Assembly (NCBI GenBank): GCA_963790025.1
Contig: CAWBMP010000004.1
Location: 576,001-640,000 of the forward strand
Direction of reading: 5' to 3'
From: Nitrospirota bacterium
GTDB taxonomy: Bacteria; Nitrospirota; Thermodesulfovibrionia; Thermodesulfovibrionales; Dissulfurispiraceae
DNA length: 64,000 nucleotides
Shown here: piece after piece, positions 38,520 through 47,992 of the stretch
Numbering within the stretch: position 1 is the first letter of the stretch
How the letters are laid out: each line of letters starts with the position of its first letter
Notes under the pieces: model-generated
What the model saw: the letters and a program-made list of their open reading frames with translations, nothing else
The model's database searches: none
Told to the model about the DNA's origin: nothing
Translations under genes and position numbers: made by a program

Positions 38520-39682
38520 TAATCACTTATCACCAGTTCCGGCGCAGTGCCCCCACTGATTAACCATCGGTATGTTTTATCCATCATCGCTCCCACCCGC
38601 GTCCAGGAATACTCCCGAATCATCCACTCGCGGCCTTTGGCCCCGCGCTGCGCAAGAGTCGATGGGGACTCCTCCATCGCTTCTTCAAGACACGCAACGA
38701 TAGCATCGACACTAATGTCGATCCACCAGCCTGCCCCATGTGTCTCAAGTCCCTGCCAGGGTGCGCCTTTGGTAACAATGGCGGGAGTTCCTGATGCCAG
38801 AGATTCTGCCACCGTCAAGCCGAAATTTTCGGAGCAGGTCGGTAAAACAAACAAATCAGCTTCCTGATAAGCCCTCAACTTGTCTGCCCCCCTTAGCTCG
38901 CCTACAAATAAAATGCGCGTCAGAACAAGTTGCTTTGCCAGCGCTTGCATCTCAGCAAGGTAACCACTTCTGACAGAATAGGTGTCATCGCTCCCCGCAA
39001 CGAGCAGTCGCCACTCGGGAAAACGCCCCTGCACTACCCGCCAGGCCGGCAATAGCATATCGAGGCCTTTTTTGGGGTGAATGCGTCCCAGGAAAAGCAG
39101 CGTCCGCAAGTTGCCAATTGGTTTGGGCTTCAGATCAGGCACATCGATACCGTTCGGAATTACCGCCACCGGCTGCCGGAAACCCATGCGGCGGATGTCC
39201 TCGTATTCCGCTTCCGCCGTGGCATGAAAGCATGCAGTCGGATCCAGCGCCGGTTTTTGCAGCAAGTGCCAGAATGGCTTCTTGGCCCTGGAACCATGCT
39301 GCATAGCCCATCCTGATAAAGCACCCCGTGGTGAAACAATAAGCTTCGTATTGCTCTTGCGAGCGGCCCAACCCGGATAGACTGCATTCATTTGCCACAT
39401 GCCATGGCTATGCAATATACTCACGTTCCCTGATTGAGCTTGCTCATGCAACCACCGATTCATTAACGGCGAACGCCCGAGCCTGCGCGGCCCCACTCCC
39501 AAAGGAAAGGTCTTCAGAAACGGTGGCGGCGATGGCATAGGCGCCCAATCCAGCGCGGCAAGCGTCACTGCCTGCCCCTTAGCAATGAGAGATTCGCAAA
39601 GACGCACGACCGAATAGGAAGGCCCGCTGGCTTCTTCTGAGATGGCTGGTACAATATGAATACAGCGAATCATTTTTTCCAC
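38519..39682 (-). CDS. Family 4 glycosyltransferase
   Basis: SPRG, VIPNGID, FLGRIHPKKG, SENFGLTVAESLASGTP. Confidence 0.92.
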   Translation of the reverse strand: MEKMIRCIHIVPAISEEASGPSYSVVRLCESLIAKGQAVTLAALDWAPMPSPPPFLKTFPLGVGPRRLGRSPLMNRWLHEQAQSGNVSILHSHGMWQMNAVYPGWAARKSNTKLIVSPRGALSGWAMQHGSRAKKPFWHLLQKPALDPTACFHATAEAEYEDIRRMGFRQPVAVIPNGIDVPDLKPKPIGNLRTLLFLGRIHPKKGLDMLLPAWRVVQGRFPEWRLLVAGSDDTYSVRSGYLAEMQALAKQLVLTRILFVGELRGADKLRAYQEADLFVLPTCSENFGLTVAESLASGTPAIVTKGAPWQGLETHGAGWWIDISVDAIVACLEEAMEESPSTLAQRGAKGREWMIREYSWTRVGAMMDKTYRWLISGGTAPELVISD

Positions 39683-39724
39683 ATTAGACTGACAATTTAA
39701 GCTGCAGGGAAAATATTGCCGACT

Positions 39725-41170
39725 TCAGGAAGGCCTTCCGGAAACTAATTTGACCATAATATACAGGAAGATCATTAAGGGGATTGAATTGAAAGTTGTA
39801 GCCACTAACCAATCATCAACCCGATAGCCGACCATCATCATCAGGAGGGCCACTGGAATGAATTGATAGTTGCCGGTTGAAACCATATTGCTGTTGAATT
39901 GCGTATACGCCGCCAGCAACATCCCAACATATACGCTCATGGCCATAACACCAAACCAGCCAAGGTTCCAGTAAGCCTCGCCAAAAAAACCGGCGCCGGT
40001 ACCACCGCCGATTGCCTCCCCTCTGACGAGCTCTGTAAAAATAGATCCTAGAGTGATAACAGGTTTATCAGGATAGATTAATCGCGGCACGAATGCCCAT
40101 AAGGCCGTATTAAATGAGTGGCCCGGTGTTCCGGCATCGTAGGAGTCCATAGCAAACGACTGAGCCGCCGTACACGAAATTCTTCTCAAGGTCCCCTGGT
40201 TACCCTCCTCAGCTTCTTTAATATCTGCAATGGCATCAGAATCGGACGCCGCTTTTATCACCCTGTCCAGGCTGACGGTCGCGGTATTAGCTGATTCGTC
40301 CGTCCACAGCAGAATCCTGCCGTAAGTGGTCACCATGCTGAGGACTGGAAACGTTATCAAAACCACGCAGGCCGCTATTGTTAATTTTCTGATTGATGGG
40401 CGAACAACAAAAGCTCCCAAAAACAACATCATCACAAATTGGAGAATATTCTGCTTCATTAAGCTGGCAAAAGCCATATAGCCCACAAAACCTGTCATCA
40501 ACAATAGCGGGACCTTGATTTCCCGTAAACCACGAGCGTAGAGCAGGGAGTAAAGAAATAAACTTGCTAAAGAACATTGTGCAAGGTTATAGAAAACACC
40601 CGGCATCAAAAAGTCTTGACCTAATGCCATCCTAAGGCCGTAGGTGAGCAATGAAAATATAACGCCGATGCCGGCAAAGAAATGAGCTGCTCTTTTCAGC
40701 GTGTCTTCGTTACCAGTACTTTTGAAAGGCTTTAGAAGTGATGAAGACATCCCAATTGAGAAGAAAAATAATATCGATGCAATGCTGATGACATTAAGCA
40801 GGTTTGTCCGCCACAACGCCAGATCACTGACGTAATAAAACTCGTGAGTCATTTCAAGAGACACGTAATTTCCATAAACATATAACAATGGCCCGACACC
40901 ATAATACACTGTACAGGCAAGCAGAAACCACGTTATCGGCATAAGAACAACCTGAGACAAATCAGCGCGTCTGAAGCTGAAGATCACTCCCAGGCAGATT
41001 CCTCCCAAAACCAGAGGAAACCAGGTATTGACAAACTGCTGGTCAAACAGGAAATAGAACGGGATGAAGACAACCATTAAAATAGATGCCTTCAGTGTGG
41101 AGCTGATGATACTCTCTGCTTTGAAGGCCTTCTCCGCAGACACAATTCGGTTCTCTGGATATTGCTTCAC
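39725..41170 (-). CDS. Putative Wzy repeat-unit polymerase
   Basis: About 11 TM segments, large periplasmic loop, FVPRLIYPDKP, GEAYWNLGWFG. Located among the GTs next to the flippase. Confidence 0.7.
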   Translation of the reverse strand: MKQYPENRIVSAEKAFKAESIISSTLKASILMVVFIPFYFLFDQQFVNTWFPLVLGGICLGVIFSFRRADLSQVVLMPITWFLLACTVYYGVGPLLYVYGNYVSLEMTHEFYYVSDLALWRTNLLNVISIASILFFFSIGMSSSLLKPFKSTGNEDTLKRAAHFFAGIGVIFSLLTYGLRMALGQDFLMPGVFYNLAQCSLASLFLYSLLYARGLREIKVPLLLMTGFVGYMAFASLMKQNILQFVMMLFLGAFVVRPSIRKLTIAACVVLITFPVLSMVTTYGRILLWTDESANTATVSLDRVIKAASDSDAIADIKEAEEGNQGTLRRISCTAAQSFAMDSYDAGTPGHSFNTALWAFVPRLIYPDKPVITLGSIFTELVRGEAIGGGTGAGFFGEAYWNLGWFGVMAMSVYVGMLLAAYTQFNSNMVSTGNYQFIPVALLMMMVGYRVDDWLVATTFNSIPLMIFLYIMVKLVSGRPS

Positions 41171-42333
41171 AATAGAAATCCCTCCCGAAATCGATGCTTA
41201 AATTTCTCATGACGCTTATTGTAGGCTTCAAAGGCCCGGTGACCATGGGAGCCTAAGCTCAGTACGGTTTTTGCTCTGTCCAGTGCCGCCGCCGCCATCT
41301 GATCGCGAATATCTGGATTCTCATAAAGGAACAGAATTTTTTCACGGATAGCTCCGGGATCACGGATGGGAACAATGAAGCCCTCCCTGCCATCCGAAAA
41401 AACATCCTCAGCACCACAATTCGTGGTGGCAATGACGGGGACACCACATGCCATGGCTTCAGTAATCGCTTTGGCGAATCCGTCCTCGATAGTAGGGAGC
41501 ACAAAAACCGAAGCCTGGGAATACAACTTGTACAATTGGCCAAACGGCCTGGTGCCCACTGAGCGGATACAATCGGAGTATGGCAAGATAAGATTTTTAA
41601 TTTCCTCCGAAACATGCCCATTAAAAACGAATTCAAAGTTATTGAGTCTGACGCCTTTCAGGGCCTCCAGCAGGTAGAGACTGCCTTTGCGAAGAGAAAA
41701 AGTCCCGGCATAGAGCACCCGGAATATCTTGTCTTCCTTTGGGACCGGATAGAACATCTGCAAGTCAACCCCGAGGGGAAGTTTAATCAATTTTTGTGCC
41801 GTAATACCACGCTCAATAAATGTTCGCTCAGCAAAACTTGACTGCACAGTGATGTAATCACACTCATGGTACTCGCACAGTTCCTTTTCAATCACCCGCG
41901 GATCGATGCCGGGATAGGGGACGCCCCAACGCTCATGTTCCTCGCGCAAGATTTCATTCTGAAACATGATATGACTGGATCCCCGCTCGACAACGGTCAT
42001 CGCACCGTACTTATCACGCGATGCCTGATGGGCTTTTCGGCCAAAACCCGAGAAACAGTGAAAAATGTCACAAGGTGTCATATTTGAAGCCACCCAGTGA
42101 TCAAATAACTCAATAGATGGCCAGTTCAAATATCTTCCCAACCAATGCATCCCAACTTTTGTGACAACATAAGGCGCTGCAGAGATTGGATTACTTCGAA
42201 GATGTTTTTTTGAGATACCATAAGCCCTAAAAGCCGGGAGGTTAGTATATAACAATCCAAGATGACCCAGTTCCTCCATCTCCCGAGCAAGAAAATGTCC
42301 AAAATAACCAAATGATGCTATATTAATAAGCAT
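41167..42333 (-). CDS. Family 4 glycosyltransferase
   Basis: GVDLQMF, SLRKG, FVLPTIEDGFAKAITEAMACGVPVI. Confidence 0.9.
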   Translation of the reverse strand: MLINIASFGYFGHFLAREMEELGHLGLLYTNLPAFRAYGISKKHLRSNPISAAPYVVTKVGMHWLGRYLNWPSIELFDHWVASNMTPCDIFHCFSGFGRKAHQASRDKYGAMTVVERGSSHIMFQNEILREEHERWGVPYPGIDPRVIEKELCEYHECDYITVQSSFAERTFIERGITAQKLIKLPLGVDLQMFYPVPKEDKIFRVLYAGTFSLRKGSLYLLEALKGVRLNNFEFVFNGHVSEEIKNLILPYSDCIRSVGTRPFGQLYKLYSQASVFVLPTIEDGFAKAITEAMACGVPVIATTNCGAEDVFSDGREGFIVPIRDPGAIREKILFLYENPDIRDQMAAAALDRAKTVLSLGSHGHRAFEAYNKRHEKFKHRFREGFLL

Positions 42334-42334
42334 G

Positions 42335-43852
42335 TTAGTACTTCGCGTATTTTGCTTGCAATAGCATACAGATTCGACTAAAAACTTGCGATATAATGCG
42401 ACGATCTCTGGGAGTCACTGCCTTTAGCACTATAAAGTGGGAAACAAGGAACAAAAAATATACCAAAACCGTGCCGATAATAGTAACGATAGACCCGCTC
42501 AAATGCGGTACATTCTGTACAAAAAGAAACGTCAGAAATATAGCGCTGCCAATGGAGGCGAGAATTAACAGGAAATGCTTGTCGATGGGATGCAAATGAT
42601 GCTGCTTGTAGAGCTGCCAGGAATACATGCCGATACCTCCCACGGCAACCGACAAGCCATAAACTCCGATTGCACCGTTAAGGCCCCAAAAGGTCAAAGC
42701 AGGGTAAAGTGTGAGCGCGACAACTATTCCGACAGTTAGACGTGTCATAAAAATAAAGCGTGTGTCACCATACGCTTTAAGGATGCTTTCCGTTGGCCCG
42801 GTGATCAGGTTCGCGAAGAATATACAGCTCATTATAGGAAGTATCTGCGCCACCGGTTTATATTTCAAACCAAACAAAAGAACAACAATCTCATAAGGAC
42901 AGATCAGCAAGGGGACAAACACCAATGAACCAATAACAACCGCCCAGCGAGTAGTCAGTCTATAGTCTTCTTTGAGTCGGTTTGTGTCGGAAGAACCGAG
43001 ATAAGATGACCACACCGAAAGCCCCGCAGCCTCGGTAACAGATGCACCGAGGTAAATAAAGCTCGCCATTGATATTGCCAGACTGTAGTAAGCGACCGCG
43101 TCGACGGATGTGAGGCTGCCGATGACGGCAGGCACCAAACTAAGCGGCCAGGCAACAATGCCGGATAGCAGAAGAGGGACAGAATACCGCATCAAATCTC
43201 GGGTAGTAACAGAGGAGCCACGTCCACTGAAGATCGCTGTAAACCTGAAAAGTCCTCGGAACAAAAAAAGAGAAACGGCAAATGGTATTACATACAAGGC
43301 AACAACAATATTCAGTGAACCCCCTTTGAAAGCAAGCAATAATCCTAATCCGCCTGAAAACAAAATCGCCGGCACGAGATCGACCATCATTATTTTAAAA
43401 TATAACCGGCCGGCGCCTTGATTGGCGGAGCCTATCAAATCAGCGCCCAACTTGAAAGGAATAGCCAGCGCCAAAATAACGGCGACTGTTGAAAACCTGG
43501 GATCATGAATAAAATGGTCTGCAATACTTGATGCCGACAACGCAACCAGAACAGCAATAAATACGCTGAAACTTAAAACCAAACGCAACCCTCTTGACAA
43601 CACCTCCAAAGACTTAGATAAATCAAGCTTAAAATAAAGACCAACAAAGCGGGCAATAGTATCAGTCATCCCAAGGCTTGAAAAAAAAACCAGCATGCTG
43701 AAAAGGGTCTGCGCAATGAAAAATATTCCCAGCTCCGCAGCGGAAAGCAGGCGGGCAAGCAACATTTTGCTAACAACACCCAATCCGATTATCGCAAATG
43801 TTCCAATATATGCAATTGACGAATTAACGGCAAGACTTCGCAAATTAGTCAT
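42335..43852 (-). CDS. wzx: Wzx flippase (MOP superfamily)
   Basis: 12-14 TM segments, LARLLSAAELG, YSVPLLL, WGLNGAI. Confidence 0.85.
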   Translation of the reverse strand: MTNLRSLAVNSSIAYIGTFAIIGLGVVSKMLLARLLSAAELGIFFIAQTLFSMLVFFSSLGMTDTIARFVGLYFKLDLSKSLEVLSRGLRLVLSFSVFIAVLVALSASSIADHFIHDPRFSTVAVILALAIPFKLGADLIGSANQGAGRLYFKIMMVDLVPAILFSGGLGLLLAFKGGSLNIVVALYVIPFAVSLFLFRGLFRFTAIFSGRGSSVTTRDLMRYSVPLLLSGIVAWPLSLVPAVIGSLTSVDAVAYYSLAISMASFIYLGASVTEAAGLSVWSSYLGSSDTNRLKEDYRLTTRWAVVIGSLVFVPLLICPYEIVVLLFGLKYKPVAQILPIMSCIFFANLITGPTESILKAYGDTRFIFMTRLTVGIVVALTLYPALTFWGLNGAIGVYGLSVAVGGIGMYSWQLYKQHHLHPIDKHFLLILASIGSAIFLTFLFVQNVPHLSGSIVTIIGTVLVYFLFLVSHFIVLKAVTPRDRRIISQVFSRICMLLQAKYAKY

Positions 43853-43860
43853 GATATGTT

Positions 43861-44826
43861 CTAATTTTGTGATCTCGGCAAAAAAGACCTGAATACAATC
43901 TTTTTGATGGCAAGAAAATAAAACCGGGGATCAATAAGCACGCATGGATAAAGAGAAATTGATCTCTCCAGCATTATTCTAATAGATTGCCATCTGCCAT
44001 TCGCTAACGCCTTTATTGCATGAAACATGCAGCTATACCCTAACTGCCGATCCCACTGACTCCTTAAACGAAGCAAACCTTTAGTCATCGGAAGAACGGC
44101 TGCGAAGATCGCTGTCTGTTGGTTTATTACATTAAGAACCAAATCACTGTTTTCCCTCGCCAGGATTTTACTGAGGTTGTTAGAATGAACCCGTACCAGC
44201 GCAAGTACTGATGGGATATAAACGAATCCTTCGTGGAATGCAACTTTGAGAGTCAGAACCTCATCGTCCCAGTAATTAACATCCCAATAACCATGCTTAA
44301 TAATACTATTTCGGCGAAACAAAATTGACGCAGGGTTCATGAGGTGAACCCTGGTCTGGATATTGAGCGCTTCCTCACCTCTTGCGACAAACTCATTTTT
44401 TGCTATATATCGTTCTTCGATAACATGCAAATCTTCCTTAACCGAAAAATGAGCACATTGAGCAAAGCCCACACTCGCATTTTGTTCTAATTCGGAAATC
44501 ATCCGCGCCAAAAACGTCGGTTCATACAGATCATCATGCGGGAGTATCGAAAAGTACTCTCCCTGAGCAAGTCGCGCACATTCATTCCAACTTCTTGGAG
44601 GCCTCAGATTAACATCCGTCCGGTGATACCGAATACGCCTATCATCAAACTGCCTTACAACATCTGGAGTATTGTCTGTAGAGCAGTCGTCGACAACGAT
44701 AATCTCAAAGTCCTGGAACGTTTGGTTCAGGACGCTTTGAATGGCCTGCCGTAGAAATTCCGGTTGATTGTAGGTCGGGATACCAATGCTCACCTTCGGC
44801 ACGTGAGAATTACTCATGAATTGCAC
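43861..44826 (-). CDS. Family 2 glycosyltransferase
   Basis: PKVSIGIPTYN, VVDDCSTDNT, LPHDD. Confidence 0.9.
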   Translation of the reverse strand: MQFMSNSHVPKVSIGIPTYNQPEFLRQAIQSVLNQTFQDFEIIVVDDCSTDNTPDVVRQFDDRRIRYHRTDVNLRPPRSWNECARLAQGEYFSILPHDDLYEPTFLARMISELEQNASVGFAQCAHFSVKEDLHVIEERYIAKNEFVARGEEALNIQTRVHLMNPASILFRRNSIIKHGYWDVNYWDDEVLTLKVAFHEGFVYIPSVLALVRVHSNNLSKILARENSDLVLNVINQQTAIFAAVLPMTKGLLRLRSQWDRQLGYSCMFHAIKALANGRWQSIRIMLERSISLYPCVLIDPRFYFLAIKKIVFRSFLPRSQN

Positions 44827-45700
44827 CTATGGCAAAAAGGTTCACTCCGGCCAGGTTAAGTCTCTTACCCAGATAAGCAGCAAATAATGCTATAACACGG
44901 GAAATCCCTCCAATTCCGCCAAATCTGTTGCAAAGCGAAAATTCCGTTTGGATGACTTCAGGGTAGGTTTGGGCGGAACATTCCAGGACTTTCAAGCCGG
45001 ATGCCGACAATGCCGCATAAAGCGATCCAGCCGACCAGAAACTGATGTGGTGCGGCGGATAATTCGCTTCGGGAAGTTTTCCTTCGCGTAGTTTTTTTCT
45101 CACCCTGATAAAATCCCGGTTGGGCACCGAGACAAATATAATCCCTCCATTATTCAGAAGCTTGCCGAGCGTGTTCAACAGTGTTGTGGGACCGCCGACA
45201 TGCTCGAGCACCTGGTTCAGCATGATCAGGTCAAACTTTAACCCCTCACTCAACAATTCATCCGCTGACTTAATCAGCGCCTTAACTCCAAAGAGGTCAT
45301 GTGCGACGCGAACCATTTCCGGGTTAAAATCAACCCCTACGACATCACAGCCGAAATTGCCGAAGTGCGCAGCATAAAAACCGGAACCACATCCATAATC
45401 CAGAACGCATATATTTTTCATCGGCCGGCGAATATATAGCCGTAAAGCTCGATCAATTTCATTAGCAACAGCTTGATTACCTGGCGGTATATTCCCCTGC
45501 TCAACTTGCTTATACAGTTGGTTATAGGTTTCATGTCCACAGTAATATGTCAAGTCACCGGGCACAAAGGGCCATGAAAACTCCAAGTCACATTGCGAAC
45601 ACTTTACAATTTTCCACTGCTTAAAAGTCCACATAACCTCTTCAGCTTCAGATTTGCATACCGGGCAAAAGATGTCGAGGCACTTTGAGAAGGTATTCAC
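44810..45700 (-). CDS. Class I SAM methyltransferase with an N-terminal CxxC...CxxC zinc ribbon
   Basis: CPVC, CSQC, VLDYGCGSG, QVLEHV, VSVPN, PPHH. Confidence 0.88.
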   Translation of the reverse strand: MNTFSKCLDIFCPVCKSEAEEVMWTFKQWKIVKCSQCDLEFSWPFVPGDLTYYCGHETYNQLYKQVEQGNIPPGNQAVANEIDRALRLYIRRPMKNICVLDYGCGSGFYAAHFGNFGCDVVGVDFNPEMVRVAHDLFGVKALIKSADELLSEGLKFDLIMLNQVLEHVGGPTTLLNTLGKLLNNGGIIFVSVPNRDFIRVRKKLREGKLPEANYPPHHISFWSAGSLYAALSASGLKVLECSAQTYPEVIQTEFSLCNRFGGIGGISRVIALFAAYLGKRLNLAGVNLFAIGAIHE

Positions 45701-46752
45701 CTGCGGACTCTCTGAGTGATATCAAAGTCCCGATATACAGCTTCAATACGCCGAGCCCTTTCCGTATACGTATGATGACAACAGACCTTTTCATAGGCTC
45801 GGGCAGCCATAACAGACCTTATGTGGTCGGCTGCCAGGTATTGGTCAAGCATTTCCCTCAGTTCTTGCTGACTTGAAAAATATGCAATCTCTTCGCCCTC
45901 CGTCCAGATATCATTCTGCTCGCTGGTCCGGGTTGATAGCATGAATCCGCCGCAAGCCGGGATCTCGAAAGTACGCATATTGTGAGCCGGGATATTCTGC
46001 TTTCTAATAAAGTTAAGGTTGATCTTTGTTGCACGACACACTTTGGAAAAATCATTTCCATACATCTCTTTATGTTGCCATTTTGCCTGAACACGCTTCG
46101 CCGCTTTCTGCCAGGCACAACCCCATATTTTCAAGCGATAATCCAATATGTGCGAAAGCCACAACTCTCTTTCTTCATCCCAGGACCCCACGAAAGCCAC
46201 ATCAGTGCCATACTCGGTCAAGTCTGTTTCTCCGAGGACAGCGGGCCGATGCAGATCGGGATCACAGGCAAAAGGCAGGTGAAACACCTCTCTCGCGCCT
46301 GCCGAGCGCAGTATTGGGATTAAAAACTCTCCCCAGGTCAGATGGACATCATAGAGAGGTATGGATTTTCTGATCCAGTCATTTGAGTTTCCGAAATGCC
46401 AGGTATTAAAGCTATTATCAGGGTTGAAATGCATCAGCACGGTCTCCGGGCTGAGTTTCCTGATCGTGGAAATAGTTTCAGGAGCAAAATAAAAACCCTT
46501 GAGTACCAGCAAGAGCTCCGGTTTCAACTCCAGGATATCCGAGATGAGTTGCTTTTGTACCATTAATGCTAACTGACGCCAAAATAGTCGATAAGCATAC
46601 TTATTGGTGGCCCACCTGTTTTGCCTGGCACATATCCTCTGGTCATCAAACACATAAACAACCCATCCCATCTTCTCAAAGCCCTTCTTTAAGCTGCCTG
46701 CAAGTCCCCCAAATACGGCACTTCCGCTGATCATGATGCTTCGGCCTCTCAT
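45697..46752 (-). CDS. CgeB-like glycosyltransferase (GT-B)
   Basis: FNPDN, PFACDPDLH, DVAFVGSW, HNMRTFEIPACGGF, HTYTER. Start reassigned to the ATG at 46752, coupled to the upstream stop. Confidence 0.85.
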   Translation of the reverse strand: MRGRSIMISGSAVFGGLAGSLKKGFEKMGWVVYVFDDQRICARQNRWATNKYAYRLFWRQLALMVQKQLISDILELKPELLLVLKGFYFAPETISTIRKLSPETVLMHFNPDNSFNTWHFGNSNDWIRKSIPLYDVHLTWGEFLIPILRSAGAREVFHLPFACDPDLHRPAVLGETDLTEYGTDVAFVGSWDEERELWLSHILDYRLKIWGCAWQKAAKRVQAKWQHKEMYGNDFSKVCRATKINLNFIRKQNIPAHNMRTFEIPACGGFMLSTRTSEQNDIWTEGEEIAYFSSQQELREMLDQYLAADHIRSVMAARAYEKVCCHHTYTERARRIEAVYRDFDITQRVRR

Positions 46753-47965
46753 TGCGCTGCCTCTTCCCACCTGGTTGCGAGACGAGGAATTGTCATTGCG
46801 ACTGCCTCCAGCAGGCCAACCCTGCATTGTTCATAACTCCAGTTGCGAATCATCCTCAGACTCTGCCGTCCCATATCAATACGCCGTTCCGGATCAACCA
46901 AAACCCTCTCCAGGACGTCAGCCAGTGATTGTTTATCGCCGGCTTTAATGTGATAGCCATTGATTCCATCTTTGACCAGGTCGGACACACAGCCGACTTC
47001 ATCGCCCACAATCACCGGCAAAGCTGCACACATTACTTCATTGACAATCAAACCCCAGGGCTCGTTTTCAGCCGGCAAAACAAAGACATCACTGGCGGCA
47101 TACACACGAGGCAAATCAGCCTGGTTGACAAATCCCCCAAAAAACACATTTGTCAGCTCCAGATTTTGCACCAAAATGCGCAGCTCTGCATCCATCTCGC
47201 CGCTACCCACCATAAGAACGGAAAAATCGTATCCGCGCCCCTTTAAGAGCGCCGCTGCACGGATAAGATCGTCAGGATGCTTTCGACGCATAAACTTCGA
47301 TGCATACAGCAGCACGGGTTTATCCAATGGCAACCCGAATCGAGTGCGAACCGAGTTGCGTTCTTCCTGAGTAAGTGACGCTGCGGCAATGAAGCGGTCG
47401 TTGTCAACTGTGTAAGGCATATGAAAGATTTTGCGGTCCGGAACACCCATGACGCGGTAGTACTGCCGGTTGGCACTACCTATGGCCAAAAATGCATCGA
47501 CCAATCTAAAGGCATGCTTGAGAACAAAGGTGTGTATCCTTCGCTTCCATTCGGGACTTCGTAAGCGCAGGTGCGTCTCCCCCGCATGAAAACCGGCAAC
47601 CCCTTCGATTTGGCAGCCAGGAAGGCAATGATATAGGCTGCGTAGTTGTAACCATGCAACCATACGATATCATAGTTGCCACTGCGTATCTCCGACCAAA
47701 TTTCAGGAACGATCAGCGACCAGAACCCGCCCAGGACCCGCTTTGAGAAACGCTTGCCCGGAAAAACGACGCGATAGCCGGACAACAAATCAATGTCCCA
47801 TTTAAATTCTTGTTTGAAACCCGGGTCTAAATCGCTCCGCTGACCGACATCACTACAATACAGGGCCGTAACTTCCAGTTCTTTGTCGCGATTCAAATAG
47901 GCATACAGCGGCGCAAAGTATTGAATGGGATGGGAATTGACTACCGCAATCCTGACCTTACGCAT
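46749..47965 (-). pseudogene. Family 4 glycosyltransferase split by a 1-nt frameshift in a G5 run (47579-47583)
   Basis: ORF 47480-47965 gives SHPIQY...PVFMRG. ORF 46749-47663 continues ETHL...EPWGLIVNEVM. One extra G restores MRGETH. Confidence 0.85.
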
Positions 47966-47992
47966 AGTCTCAAGAACGCTTGTCTTGCCGCC

